NCBI GenBank assembly: GCA_902384585.1
Contig: CABMCJ010000004.1
Coordinates: 322,086 to 386,085, forward strand
Length of the DNA: 64,000 nt
Direction of reading: 5' to 3'
Source: Candidatus Anstonella stagnisolia
Lineage (GTDB): Archaea; Micrarchaeota; Micrarchaeia; Anstonellales; Anstonellaceae
Shown here piece after piece: positions 19,123 to 28,069 of this stretch; the first letter of the stretch is position 1, and each line of letters begins with the position of its first letter. The notes under the pieces are model-generated. The model was not told the origin of the DNA. It searched no databases and saw nothing but the letters and a program-made list of their open reading frames with translations. Both the position numbers and the translations under genes were made by a program.

Positions 19123-20568
19123 ATGAGAGTCAAAAAAGATGCGAATTTCTCTGAATGGTATACTGAGCTCATAAAGGAGGCAGAGCTTGCGGACATACGC
19201 TACAATGTGAAGGGGTTTGTTGTTTTCCAGCCGTGGTCTGTAATGAGCATGATGAAGATGTACCGCATGTATGAGGCTGAGCTTGAGGGCACGGGGCACT
19301 TGCCTGCGTGGTTTCCTGCACTCATTCCTGAAGGGAATTTTCTTAAGGAAGGCGAGCACGTGAAGGGGTTTGCGCCTGATGTTTTCTGGGTTACGGAGGC
19401 TGGAGGAAATCCCCTTGAGGAGAAACTTGCAATGCGCCCGACTTCGGAAACCTCAATGTACCAGATGTATTCGCTCTGGATACAGGGGAAAAAGGACTTG
19501 CCGCTTAAAATTTACCATTCCTCGCAGGTGTGGAGGCATGAAACAAAAGCAACGCGGCCGTTCATAAGAAGCCGTGAGTTTTACTGGATAGAGGCGCACG
19601 ATGCATTTGCTACTTATGAGGAAAGCGTTGCGCAAGTGAAAGAGGACATGGAAATGGCGCAGAACGTCATACACGGGAAATTCGGGGTGCCTTTTGTATT
19701 TTTCTGCCGCCCTCAGTGGGACAAGTTCCCTGGGGCGCTGAACACTTATGCTGCTGACTGCATGATGCCGGATGGGAAAGTGCTGCAGTTGCCCTCTACG
19801 CATTTGCTTGGGCAGAACTTTGCGAAAGCGTTTGATGTGAAATATCAGGATGAGAGCGGAACTTATGTACATTGCTGGCAGACGTGCTACGGGCCCGCGA
19901 TTTCGAGAATATATGCTGCGATAATATCCACGCACGGAGACGACAAGGGGCTTGTGCTTCCATTTGAGCTTGCACCTGTGCAGGTTGTTGTTGTGCCCAT
20001 TCCTAAGAAAGGAGAGAAGAATGAGAACCTTGACAAGAAGGCGGATGAGATTGGGAAGAAACTCAAAGAGCACGGGCTGCGCGTTGCAGTGGACAAGAGC
20101 GACAACACTCCGGGATTCAAGTACAACCACTGGGAGCTCAAAGGCGCGTGCGTGCGCGTTGAGGTTGGAATGCGCGAGCTTGAGAGCAATGAGTTTGTAG
20201 TTGCAAATAGAGTTACAGGAGAAAAATTGACCGTGAAAGCGGACAAGCTGGCTGGTGAAATAGAAAAGATGGGAACTCATATGATTTCTCTTCTTAAGAA
20301 GAAAGCTGATGAGAAATTTGCAGCAACGCTTGCAAGCGCAGAGAGGATGAGCGAGCTTGAGAAGGCGCTTAAGGCTGGAAAGCTTGTGAAAGTCGCATTC
20401 TGCACAATGGAAATGCAAGGGAAAGCATGCGCGGATGAGGTAAAGAGCAAGACTGCAGGAGATGTGCGGGGAACCCGGTATGATGCGCACGAGAAGCCGA
20501 AAGAGAAGCGGTGCATTGTGTGCGGCAAGCCTGCGGCTGAGTACGTGTATGTTGCAAGACAGTACTAA
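19123..20568 (+). CDS. proS: Proline--tRNA ligase (archaeal/eukaryotic type)
   Basis: FSEWY, MRPTSET, RPFIRSREFYW, HLLGQNFAKAF; C-terminal CIVCG..ARQY. Confidence 0.97.
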   Translation: MRVKKDANFSEWYTELIKEAELADIRYNVKGFVVFQPWSVMSMMKMYRMYEAELEGTGHLPAWFPALIPEGNFLKEGEHVKGFAPDVFWVTEAGGNPLEEKLAMRPTSETSMYQMYSLWIQGKKDLPLKIYHSSQVWRHETKATRPFIRSREFYWIEAHDAFATYEESVAQVKEDMEMAQNVIHGKFGVPFVFFCRPQWDKFPGALNTYAADCMMPDGKVLQLPSTHLLGQNFAKAFDVKYQDESGTYVHCWQTCYGPAISRIYAAIISTHGDDKGLVLPFELAPVQVVVVPIPKKGEKNENLDKKADEIGKKLKEHGLRVAVDKSDNTPGFKYNHWELKGACVRVEVGMRELESNEFVVANRVTGEKLTVKADKLAGEIEKMGTHMISLLKKKADEKFAATLASAERMSELEKALKAGKLVKVAFCTMEMQGKACADEVKSKTAGDVRGTRYDAHEKPKEKRCIVCGKPAAEYVYVARQY

Positions 20569-20618
20569 AAGTAGGGTTTGATTTTTAAGGTCTTTATTTC
20601 ATATCTTTAGTGTACGCT

Positions 20619-20776
20619 AGCCCCGTCGTCTAGCGGCCAAGGACACTGGGCTTTGAACAACCCTTTTTGCGCCTCCAGATGGGCACGGCGCAAAAAGCGT
20701 TGACGGAAACGTCAACAGAAGATGAAAAGGGTTGCGAAGAAACCCAGTTACAGCAGTTCGAATCTGCTCGGGGCTA
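20619..20776 (+). tRNA. tRNA-Gln(TTG) with an 85-nt structured intron at 37/38 (20657-20741)
   Basis: Acceptor AGCCCCG/CGGGGCT; anticodon arm CTGGG-CT TTG A|A-CCCAG; BHB-like CTTT/GAAG helix with 3-nt bulges; T loop GTTCGAATC. Confidence 0.92.
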
Positions 20777-20786
20777 TTCTTTTTCT

Positions 20787-21344
20787 TTAGTTAGGAGGAT
20801 TTGGCGGAAGGTCTGCTTGCACGCATTTTGGAGGCATCTGGCAGCCGTGCGAATCAACGCCGCCGGAAACTATTTTCCCGTTTGTGCAGAAGTCTGGTGA
20901 GGGTGGCATTAGTTGCGGGCAGTTGTATGCTGGCTCCTGCGCTTCCTTCCAGCCAAGGGAAAGCATTTTTTGAGAGTCTTTTGCATAAATCTTCGCACTT
21001 ATCGTGTCTCCGCGCGGACAGTTGCATGCTGCGCACACCATTTCATTGTTTTCCTTTGATGAGTAGTTGAGTATTTGCACGTCATAAATTTGTGAGTAGT
21101 AAGCAGTGAGAATTTCTTTTTCAGTTGGAGCGCGTATGTATACTCTGCCGCTGTTTGCTTCCCATATTTCCCACGTGTTTTGCTTGCATTGGATTGGGGA
21201 GTAGGAAAGCCAGACTGTCTTGTTTATTGTTTGGTTAATTGTATCGTTGGCGCCGATTGGAGGGTTTGGGGGCGAGGGCGTTGAAACGCAGCCTGCGAAG
21301 AGTAATAGTAATGCGAATGCGCCGAGTAATAAGTAATTTTTCAT
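20787..21344 (-). CDS. Hypothetical lipoprotein with Cys-rich motifs
   Basis: Lipobox LFAGC; CAACNC and CPQLMPPSPDFC..GC..PPKC motifs. Confidence 0.8.
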   Translation of the reverse strand: MKNYLLLGAFALLLLFAGCVSTPSPPNPPIGANDTINQTINKTVWLSYSPIQCKQNTWEIWEANSGRVYIRAPTEKEILTAYYSQIYDVQILNYSSKENNEMVCAACNCPRGDTISAKIYAKDSQKMLSLGWKEAQEPAYNCPQLMPPSPDFCTNGKIVSGGVDSHGCQMPPKCVQADLPPNPPN

Positions 21345-21422
21345 TGGAACCACTAAGGAGATATGGAAATTTGTCCTTTTTAAAGGGAAGGTTTTTGTTT
21401 GGGAGGAACCTGCCGAACAAAG

Positions 21423-21554
21423 CTAATCCAGTTCTTTTCCATCCGAGCATTCGGAGCACGTGCACATGCAGCTTAAGTCCTTCTCGTTTTTTATTGTGGG
21501 CTTTATGCCGCCGCAGAATGGGCAGATAACTGGCTTTTCAAAGTCCAAGTCCAT
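21423..21554 (-). CDS. Small Cys-rich (CPFCG) putative zinc-binding protein, 43 aa
   Basis: Manual translation MDLDFEKPVICPFCGGIKPTIKNEKDLSCMCTCSECSDGKELD*. Confidence 0.6.
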   Translation of the reverse strand: MDLDFEKPVICPFCGGIKPTIKNEKDLSCMCTCSECSDGKELD

Positions 21555-21592
21555 AGGAAAACCTTAAAAGAAGAAATTAAAAAAGAAAAAAA

Positions 21593-21715
21593 TCAATCCT
21601 TGCAGTCGCAGTCGCATTTGCACATGTTCTCTTGTATGCGCTTCTTTGCTTTTTTCTTGCCTGCTGCAACGCGCTTGCGCGACTGATGCCTGAGTGCACT
21701 TTTTCCTTTTCTCAT
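21593..21715 (-). CDS. Small basic peptide with CKCDCDC tail, 40 aa
   Basis: AGGTGA SD right after the atpD stop; MRKGKSALRHQSRKRVAAGKKKAKKRIQENMCKCDCDCKD*. Confidence 0.6.
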   Translation of the reverse strand: MRKGKSALRHQSRKRVAAGKKKAKKRIQENMCKCDCDCKD

Positions 21716-21727
21716 TAATATCACCTT

Positions 21728-22378
21728 TTAGTTCGTTTCTTTGGCATTCTGGTTGTTATTAAGCTTTCGTTTTATCATCTTGAGCATCACGAAGGAGTCC
21801 CTTTCCATCTCCTGCAAGCGGAAGGAAATGAGCGTTGCCTGCGATTCAAGGCGGGGCAATACTACGAATTCGAGTGCGTTCACACGCCTTTTTGTCTTTT
21901 CTATTTCGCGTATTAGCTTGCGGATTGCGTTTTCGGTTTCTGCCAACTGCACTACAAGCGCGAAAGCTGCCTCAAAGTTCTCCGCAACGTCGTCTATTTT
22001 TGCGCTTGTGCCTATTATGGAGTAGCCGCGCGTAAGGAGCGTCTTTGCCTGCACAGAGGACTGGATTTGCGGGATTTTCACGCCCATGATGTTGCGAACC
22101 TGTATGTTTACCCCGGATGCCTTGTGCACGGAAAGCGCGGCATTTTCTACCTCGTAAATCCCGTGGTACGCCTGCGCAACTGCGAGCGAGGAGTAACACT
22201 TTTGCATTTGCGTGTTAAGCTCCGCGCGCAAATCCTTTGCCTTTGAGAGTATCTTGAAGAACTCAAGGATGAGCGCGTCGCGCTTTTGCTTGAGGAGCTT
22301 GTGCCCTTTGCGCGCAAGCTTTATGCGGCTGCGCGCATTGAGCAGCTCCATTCGTGTCGGATTCGGGGTTTCTGCCAT
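21728..22378 (-). CDS. atpD: A-type ATP synthase subunit D
   Basis: PTRMELL, GHKLLKQKRDAL and EIEKTKRRVNALE motifs. Confidence 0.96.
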   Translation of the reverse strand: MAETPNPTRMELLNARSRIKLARKGHKLLKQKRDALILEFFKILSKAKDLRAELNTQMQKCYSSLAVAQAYHGIYEVENAALSVHKASGVNIQVRNIMGVKIPQIQSSVQAKTLLTRGYSIIGTSAKIDDVAENFEAAFALVVQLAETENAIRKLIREIEKTKRRVNALEFVVLPRLESQATLISFRLQEMERDSFVMLKMIKRKLNNNQNAKETN

Positions 22379-22393
22379 TTTCTCACTGTTTTA

Positions 22394-23776
22394 TCACTGT
22401 TTGCGGTATTTCTTCCCGTATTTCTCTATGAACTCTTTCTTGAGCCTCTTAAGTTCGGTCTCAGGAAGCATTGAGAGAAGTTCCCAGCCAAGCTCAAGCG
22501 TCTGCTCGATTGTGCGGTCCTCGTGCGAGTCCTGCTTTATGAAGCGCTGCTCAAACACGTCTGCGAATTTGAGGTAGAGCTTGTCTGTGTCGGAAAGGGC
22601 TTCCTCTCCTACCACTGCGGAAAGCGAGCGGAGGTCGCGCCCTGTTGCATAGCCCGCGTAGAGCTGGTCTGCAATTCCTCTGTGGTCTTCACGAGTGCGC
22701 TCTTTCCCTATGCCGAGGTTCATAAGCCTTGACAAGCACGGAAGAACGTCTACTGGAGGGTAAATGTTTTTGCGGTGCAAGTCCCTTCCCAATACGATTT
22801 GTCCCTCTGTAATGTAGCCTGTAAGGTCTGCAATCGGGTGCGTGATATCGTCCCCGGGCATTGTGAGGATGGAGAGCTGCGTTACTGTGCCTTTCTTTCC
22901 TTTTATGCAGCCCGCGCGCTCGTATATTGTGGACAGGTCTGTGTACATGTATCCTGGGTAACCACGGCGTCCGGGAACCTCTTCGCGGGCAGATGCGATT
23001 TCACGAAGTGCCTCGCAATAGTTTGTCATGTCCGTGATGATGACGAGCACATGCATGTCCTTCTCATACGCAAGGTATTCTGCGGTTGTGAGCGCGAGAC
23101 GAGGGGTGATAATGCGCTCCACTGAGGGGTCGTCTGCAAGATTCAGGAAGAGAACTGCCCTCTCAAGTGCGCCTGTTTTTTCAAAGTCGCGCATAAAGAA
23201 GGAGCTTTCTTCGTGCGTAATGCCCACTGCTGCGAATACTACTGCGAACTTTTCGTTCTTTGAGGAGGCGACTTTTGCCTGCCTTGCAATTTGCACTGCG
23301 AGCGCGTTGTGCGGCAAGCCGCTTCCGGAAAAGATGGGCAGCTTTTGGCCGCGCACGAGCGTGTTCATGCCGTCTATTGTGGACACGCCGGTCTGAATAA
23401 AGTCGCGGGGCTCTGCGCGGGAGTATGGGTTAATTGCAGAACCGTTGATGTCGATGCGGGACTCTGGAATTATCTTGGGGCCCTTGTCGCGGGGCTCTCC
23501 GAGTCCGTTGAACACGCGACCAAGCATTTCTGTGGAAACGCCGAGCTTCATTGTCTCCCCAAGGAACTTTACGCGCGTCTCAGAAATGTTAAGACCTGCC
23601 GTGGAGCCGAAAATCTGCACCACTGCAATTCCCTTTGAGGTTTCGAGAACCTGCCCTTTCCTCTTTTCGCCTGAGGGCAGCGTTATTTCTACGATTTCGT
23701 TGTAGCCGATATCGTTCACGCCCTCAACGAACACGAGGGGCCCTGCGATTTTTGTAACTGTTTTGTATTCTTTCAT
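22394..23776 (-). CDS. atpB: A-type ATP synthase subunit B
   Basis: [29 protein letters not shown] and [14 protein letters not shown] motifs. Confidence 0.97.
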   Translation of the reverse strand: MKEYKTVTKIAGPLVFVEGVNDIGYNEIVEITLPSGEKRKGQVLETSKGIAVVQIFGSTAGLNISETRVKFLGETMKLGVSTEMLGRVFNGLGEPRDKGPKIIPESRIDINGSAINPYSRAEPRDFIQTGVSTIDGMNTLVRGQKLPIFSGSGLPHNALAVQIARQAKVASSKNEKFAVVFAAVGITHEESSFFMRDFEKTGALERAVLFLNLADDPSVERIITPRLALTTAEYLAYEKDMHVLVIITDMTNYCEALREIASAREEVPGRRGYPGYMYTDLSTIYERAGCIKGKKGTVTQLSILTMPGDDITHPIADLTGYITEGQIVLGRDLHRKNIYPPVDVLPCLSRLMNLGIGKERTREDHRGIADQLYAGYATGRDLRSLSAVVGEEALSDTDKLYLKFADVFEQRFIKQDSHEDRTIEQTLELGWELLSMLPETELKRLKKEFIEKYGKKYRKQ

Positions 23777-23806
23777 CTTTATCACCTATTTGAACGCATT
23801 TTTTCC

Positions 23807-25549
23807 TTACTGCTTTCGTACGAGTGAGTCGAACTCGCCCTCTATTTCACCTGCAAGGTCTTCGAGGTGCTTGAGGTCTTTCTCCGGAACTTCCTTCATC
23901 CTGCCGATTTTTTCCTTTACCTTCATGTTGGACATGTGCTTAAGCTGCACGCCAAGGTCCACGGACGCGATTGCGCGCTCGTAGTACTTGAGGATGTTGC
24001 GAAGCATAAGGTACTGCTTCTTCATGCTGGAGTACGTGTCTATGTCGTGGAACGCGGACTGCTGTAGGAAGTCCTCGCGAATCATTTTTGTAACTGCGAG
24101 AATTGCCTGCTCTTTCTCCGGGAGAGCGTCCGGTCCTACGAGCTGCACGATTTCCTGCAACTCTGCCTCTTTTTGCAAGAGTGTCATTGCCTGCACGCGA
24201 AGCGTTGTCCAGTCTGAGGAAATGTTCGCATACCAGGAGTCAAGTGTGTCTGTGTAGAGCGAATAAGAGCGCAGCCAGTGGAATGCTGGGAAATGCCTGC
24301 GTTGTGCGAGAGATGCGTCAAGCGCAAGGAACACCTTTGTAACGCGAAGCGTGTTTTGGGAAACCGGCTCGTTGATGTCGCCTCCGGGAGGCGAGACTGC
24401 GCCAATTATTGTTACTGAACCTTTGCGGTCACCGCTGCCTAGGCATTGAATGCGACCTGCGCGCTCATAGAACTCTGCAAGGCGGCGCGCGAGATATGCG
24501 GGATAGCCTTCCTCTCCGGGCATTTCCTCAAGGCGGCCTCCTATTTCGCGCATTGCTTCTGCCCAGCGGGAGGTGGAGTCTGCCATAAGTGAAACATCGT
24601 AGCCCATGTCGCGGTAGTATTCTGCGATTGTAATGCCTGTGTATACGGATGCCTCACGGGCTGCCACAGGCATGTTGGACGTGTTTGCAATGAGCACTGT
24701 GCGCATCATAAGGGGTTTTTTTGTCTTGGGGTCCTCAAGGTGCGGGAATTCGGTAAGCACTTCTGCCATTTCGTTCCCGCGTTCTCCGCATCCTATGTAC
24801 ACCACGATTTGGGTGTCTGACCATTTTGCGAACTGGTGCTGCGTAACTGTTTTTCCTGAGCCGAAAGGCCCGGGAATGCACGCGGTGCCTCCCTTTGCGA
24901 TTGGGAAGAACATATCAACTATGCGCTGCCCGGTTACGAGGGGAATGTTGGGGTCGAACTTCTGGGCATAGGGGCGGGGTGAGCGCACGAAATGCCTGTG
25001 CATAAGGCAGAAGTCGTGCTTCTTTTTCCCGTCATCAATGCTGCCGACGTTTTCTGTTACAGTGTATTTGCCGGAAGAGATGGAGGAGATTGTGCCTGAA
25101 TGCTGCGCAAGGATGCGGTGCTCTACGACGTCTGTTTCCTGCACTGTGCCGAGGATGTCGCCTGCGTGTACCTTGTCTCCCTTTTTCATTTTTGCCTTGA
25201 ACTCCCATTTCTTTTTCCTGTCAAGGGGAGGAAGAGCAACTCCGCGGGGGATGAAGGCGCCATGCTTGTTTGCAATCCCATCAAGGGGGCGCTGGATGCC
25301 GTCGTAAATGGACTGGAGCAAGCCGGGACCGAGCTCCACTGAGAGGGGTTCGCCTGTGCTTTCTACTGGCTCGCCGGGCTTTAAGCCTGCGGTGTCTTCG
25401 TACACTTGTATTGTTGCCTGCTCGCCTACAAGGCGGATAATTTCGCCTACAAGGCGCTCGGTGCCTACTTTCACGACATCGTACATTTTTGCGCCTTTCA
25501 TGCCGCTTGCAACTACGACTGGACCAGAGATTTTGCTTAATGCTCCCAT
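23807..25549 (-). CDS. atpA: A-type ATP synthase subunit A
   Basis: P-loop [36 protein letters not shown] before ATG 25549; no intein. Confidence 0.97.
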   Translation of the reverse strand: MGALSKISGPVVVASGMKGAKMYDVVKVGTERLVGEIIRLVGEQATIQVYEDTAGLKPGEPVESTGEPLSVELGPGLLQSIYDGIQRPLDGIANKHGAFIPRGVALPPLDRKKKWEFKAKMKKGDKVHAGDILGTVQETDVVEHRILAQHSGTISSISSGKYTVTENVGSIDDGKKKHDFCLMHRHFVRSPRPYAQKFDPNIPLVTGQRIVDMFFPIAKGGTACIPGPFGSGKTVTQHQFAKWSDTQIVVYIGCGERGNEMAEVLTEFPHLEDPKTKKPLMMRTVLIANTSNMPVAAREASVYTGITIAEYYRDMGYDVSLMADSTSRWAEAMREIGGRLEEMPGEEGYPAYLARRLAEFYERAGRIQCLGSGDRKGSVTIIGAVSPPGGDINEPVSQNTLRVTKVFLALDASLAQRRHFPAFHWLRSYSLYTDTLDSWYANISSDWTTLRVQAMTLLQKEAELQEIVQLVGPDALPEKEQAILAVTKMIREDFLQQSAFHDIDTYSSMKKQYLMLRNILKYYERAIASVDLGVQLKHMSNMKVKEKIGRMKEVPEKDLKHLEDLAGEIEGEFDSLVRKQ

Positions 25550-25672
25550 TTTAACACCTCTATGAATATTCTTTTTCATTTTCTTTCCGTTCATTTTTCT
25601 TGCGCATTTTCTTGCCAAATTTTCATAATCATTTTCTTGCTCATTTTTTCCGCTCATTTTTCATTTTCATGA

Positions 25673-26005
25673 TTACTTCTTCTTGTTCATCAGGTCAAAG
25701 CCCAGTGCGCGCTTTATGAGCACGCCGAGGGACTCGGACTGTTCAAGCGGTCCGCTTGGGGAAGGCACTGTAACTACGACGGGCTTTGCGATTGCCTCTA
25801 TGCGCCTCTTCAGGCGCCAGTCCGCGTTTTCAAGGATGCTTTCCTCAAGTATTATGATGCCGTATTGGGTGTCTCCCAAAAGCTGCACGAGCTTTTCCTC
25901 TGCGTCTTTTCCCTCAAGGGTGAAGAAATCCTGCAAGCCAGCGAGCTTAAAGCCGCTCACCATTGCGGAGTTTCCGATTACGGCGATTTTTTCGTTTAAT
26001 TCCAT
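25673..26005 (-). CDS. atpF: A-type ATP synthase subunit F
   Basis: IAVIG..GFKLAG and IKRALGFDL motifs. Confidence 0.93.
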   Translation of the reverse strand: MELNEKIAVIGNSAMVSGFKLAGLQDFFTLEGKDAEEKLVQLLGDTQYGIIILEESILENADWRLKRRIEAIAKPVVVTVPSPSGPLEQSESLGVLIKRALGFDLMNKKK

Positions 26006-26094
26006 TTCATCACGTTCAACTGCGATTTATGCACTACAAACGCCGATTACTGCACCGGTTTTTGCGTTTGTTGTTTTCGTTTTCATAATTTTTC

Positions 26095-27201
26095 TTATGC
26101 GAATACTAGCATTTGTGTAATCTGCTCATTGGAAAGCCCGAGGGCTTTTCCCCTTGAAATTTTGCGGATGTTGTTCATCTCTTCTTCCTTGAGGAAGAGG
26201 TATCCTGCGATTGCGCCTACGGACATCATGGAAAAGGAAAGCGCGTGAAGGCTTGTGGATGCGAGCTTGGACTCAAGCTCGGTTTCAAGCGAGGAAAGAG
26301 AGGCGTTCTTTTGGGAAAGCCCGAACTTTGTGCGCGCAGTTGAGATTGCGCTTGGAAGGTCTTTTTCGTTTGCAAGGGACTCAAAGAAACCCTTTTGCAA
26401 ATTGCCAAACGTTACGAGGTGGGAAAGGATTTGAGCGGTTGTCATGCCTGCGCCCTTGCAGCGCAAGGTCGTGAGCGTGTTCTTTGCATCAGCTTCTGAA
26501 AGTATTATGGAGCGCAGAAGCGCGCTGTCGCGGTCTGAGCCGGTTATTGCGGCCGTTGCAGCCGAGTAGTAATAGGAGTCAAGCATGTGGAAGAGAATTT
26601 CATAGGAATCGCTTGAGGTTGAGGATACGGAGGCTTTTGCCTTTGCAAAGGACTGCGTTGCAAAAAGTTTCTGCCCGATTTCGCAGAAGCGCAGGTAGTT
26701 GAGCACGCTGAGCGCGTCGGGAAGTTCCCACATTGTCTTGAGGTCTGTAAAGGACAGCGAGCCTGCGCCTATTGTGAAGTGCGCCATTTCCTCGCCTTTC
26801 TTTCCGATGCGCTTTGAGAGAAGGATTGTCTTTATGTTCAGGATGTCGTAGCGCTCCATGAACGCAAGAAGCGCAGGGCGGCTCTGAAGAGGCGCGATGC
26901 GAAGGAGCTTTTGCGCGTTTGAGGCGAAATTCTGCCCGAGTGAAAGCTCAATGAGTTCCTCGTTTTTGAAACGGAGCGAAAGCGCGAGTATGCTATCCTT
27001 GTATGGGGAGTGCGAAAGCATCTCTATTATGCCGCTTTGGGTTTTTGCGCCAAGCAAATCAAGCACCTGGGATTTCTTGAGGAGTTCGCCCTTCATTGCG
27101 CGCGTGCGCGCATTCGCATAGCCGTACACGAGAGGCTTGAAAGTGAGCACGCTGGCAAAGAGCGAAAGAGGGTTGTATGCTTTCTTGTTCTGTTTTGCCA
27201 T
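26095..27201 (-). CDS. atpC: A-type ATP synthase subunit C
   Basis: YGYANARTRAMKGELL, YDILNIKTIL and KEEEMNNIRKI motifs; operon position. Confidence 0.9.
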   Translation of the reverse strand: MAKQNKKAYNPLSLFASVLTFKPLVYGYANARTRAMKGELLKKSQVLDLLGAKTQSGIIEMLSHSPYKDSILALSLRFKNEELIELSLGQNFASNAQKLLRIAPLQSRPALLAFMERYDILNIKTILLSKRIGKKGEEMAHFTIGAGSLSFTDLKTMWELPDALSVLNYLRFCEIGQKLFATQSFAKAKASVSSTSSDSYEILFHMLDSYYYSAATAAITGSDRDSALLRSIILSEADAKNTLTTLRCKGAGMTTAQILSHLVTFGNLQKGFFESLANEKDLPSAISTARTKFGLSQKNASLSSLETELESKLASTSLHALSFSMMSVGAIAGYLFLKEEEMNNIRKISRGKALGLSNEQITQMLVFA

Positions 27202-27257
27202 TTCTTCACCTTACATAATTTACTGGTGCGCAAATTTGCGATGGAGCTTAGTTTCCA

Positions 27258-27818
27258 CTAAAACAACATTGCAAAGATGCGCTTGCGCAAGTCATCCTTT
27301 TTCTCCTCGAAGATTGATTCAAAGGTCTTGTCCACGCGCACGCTGCCGTCTTTCTTTTCTGCGACAACGCCGCCTGCGCATGTGATGGGCTCGCCAAGCT
27401 TGTACTTGCTTCCCGCGAAATGCTTGCGGTCCGCGGAATTTGTGAAGAGGAGCACGTTTGTTGTGCCCAGCTCTTCAACTGCGGATTGCGCGAGCGTGTG
27501 CAGGAGTTTCTTGTACGAGGGGGAGTTGCGCTCTTTTAGCATCTCTTCCCATACGAGCTCAAGCGAGTTCAGCATTGCCTGCTCCTTTGAATCTGCGATT
27601 ATCTTTGAGCAGGCAAGCTTTGCCGAGGTGAGCCTCTCTGCCTTCTCTGTTTCAAGGTAGGAGGACACTTCGCCTTTTGCCTGCGAGACCTTCTGCTTTG
27701 AGGCGGCCTGCGCGTCGGAAATTATTTTCTCCGCTGCGTTGTCCGCTTCGTGCAAAACCCTTTTTGCCTCGTCGGATGCCTTTTTTTCTATTTCGTGCGA
27801 GAGTGCGTCAAATCCCAT
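27258..27818 (-). CDS. atpE: A-type ATP synthase subunit E
   Basis: Helical N-terminus, GGVVAE..GSVRVDKTFE; operon position. Confidence 0.9.
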   Translation of the reverse strand: MGFDALSHEIEKKASDEAKRVLHEADNAAEKIISDAQAASKQKVSQAKGEVSSYLETEKAERLTSAKLACSKIIADSKEQAMLNSLELVWEEMLKERNSPSYKKLLHTLAQSAVEELGTTNVLLFTNSADRKHFAGSKYKLGEPITCAGGVVAEKKDGSVRVDKTFESIFEEKKDDLRKRIFAMLF

Positions 27819-27820
27819 TT

Positions 27821-28060
27821 TCACACCTTTGCTTCCATTTTGCCAATCAGCAGGAAGCTTACCACGAAACCAAGCAGCAATATCAGCTCTGGCAACGCCA
27901 TGTACACGATGAGCTTGAATGCCTGCTCCGGCTTCTCTGCGAGCACACCCATAATGGACGAGCCGATTGATGCCTGTGCCCAGCCTGTGCCTATTGCGCC
28001 GCCTACGAGCGCTATTCCTGCTGCGAGCGCGTACGCGCCGTTTCCTTCAAACAACACCAT
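27821..28060 (-). CDS. atpK: A-type ATP synthase subunit K/c (single hairpin)
   Basis: Two TM helices, GWAQASIG and conserved Glu in ALPEL. Confidence 0.93.
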   Translation of the reverse strand: MVLFEGNGAYALAAGIALVGGAIGTGWAQASIGSSIMGVLAEKPEQAFKLIVYMALPELILLLGFVVSFLLIGKMEAKV

Positions 28061-28069
28061 TTTCTCACC

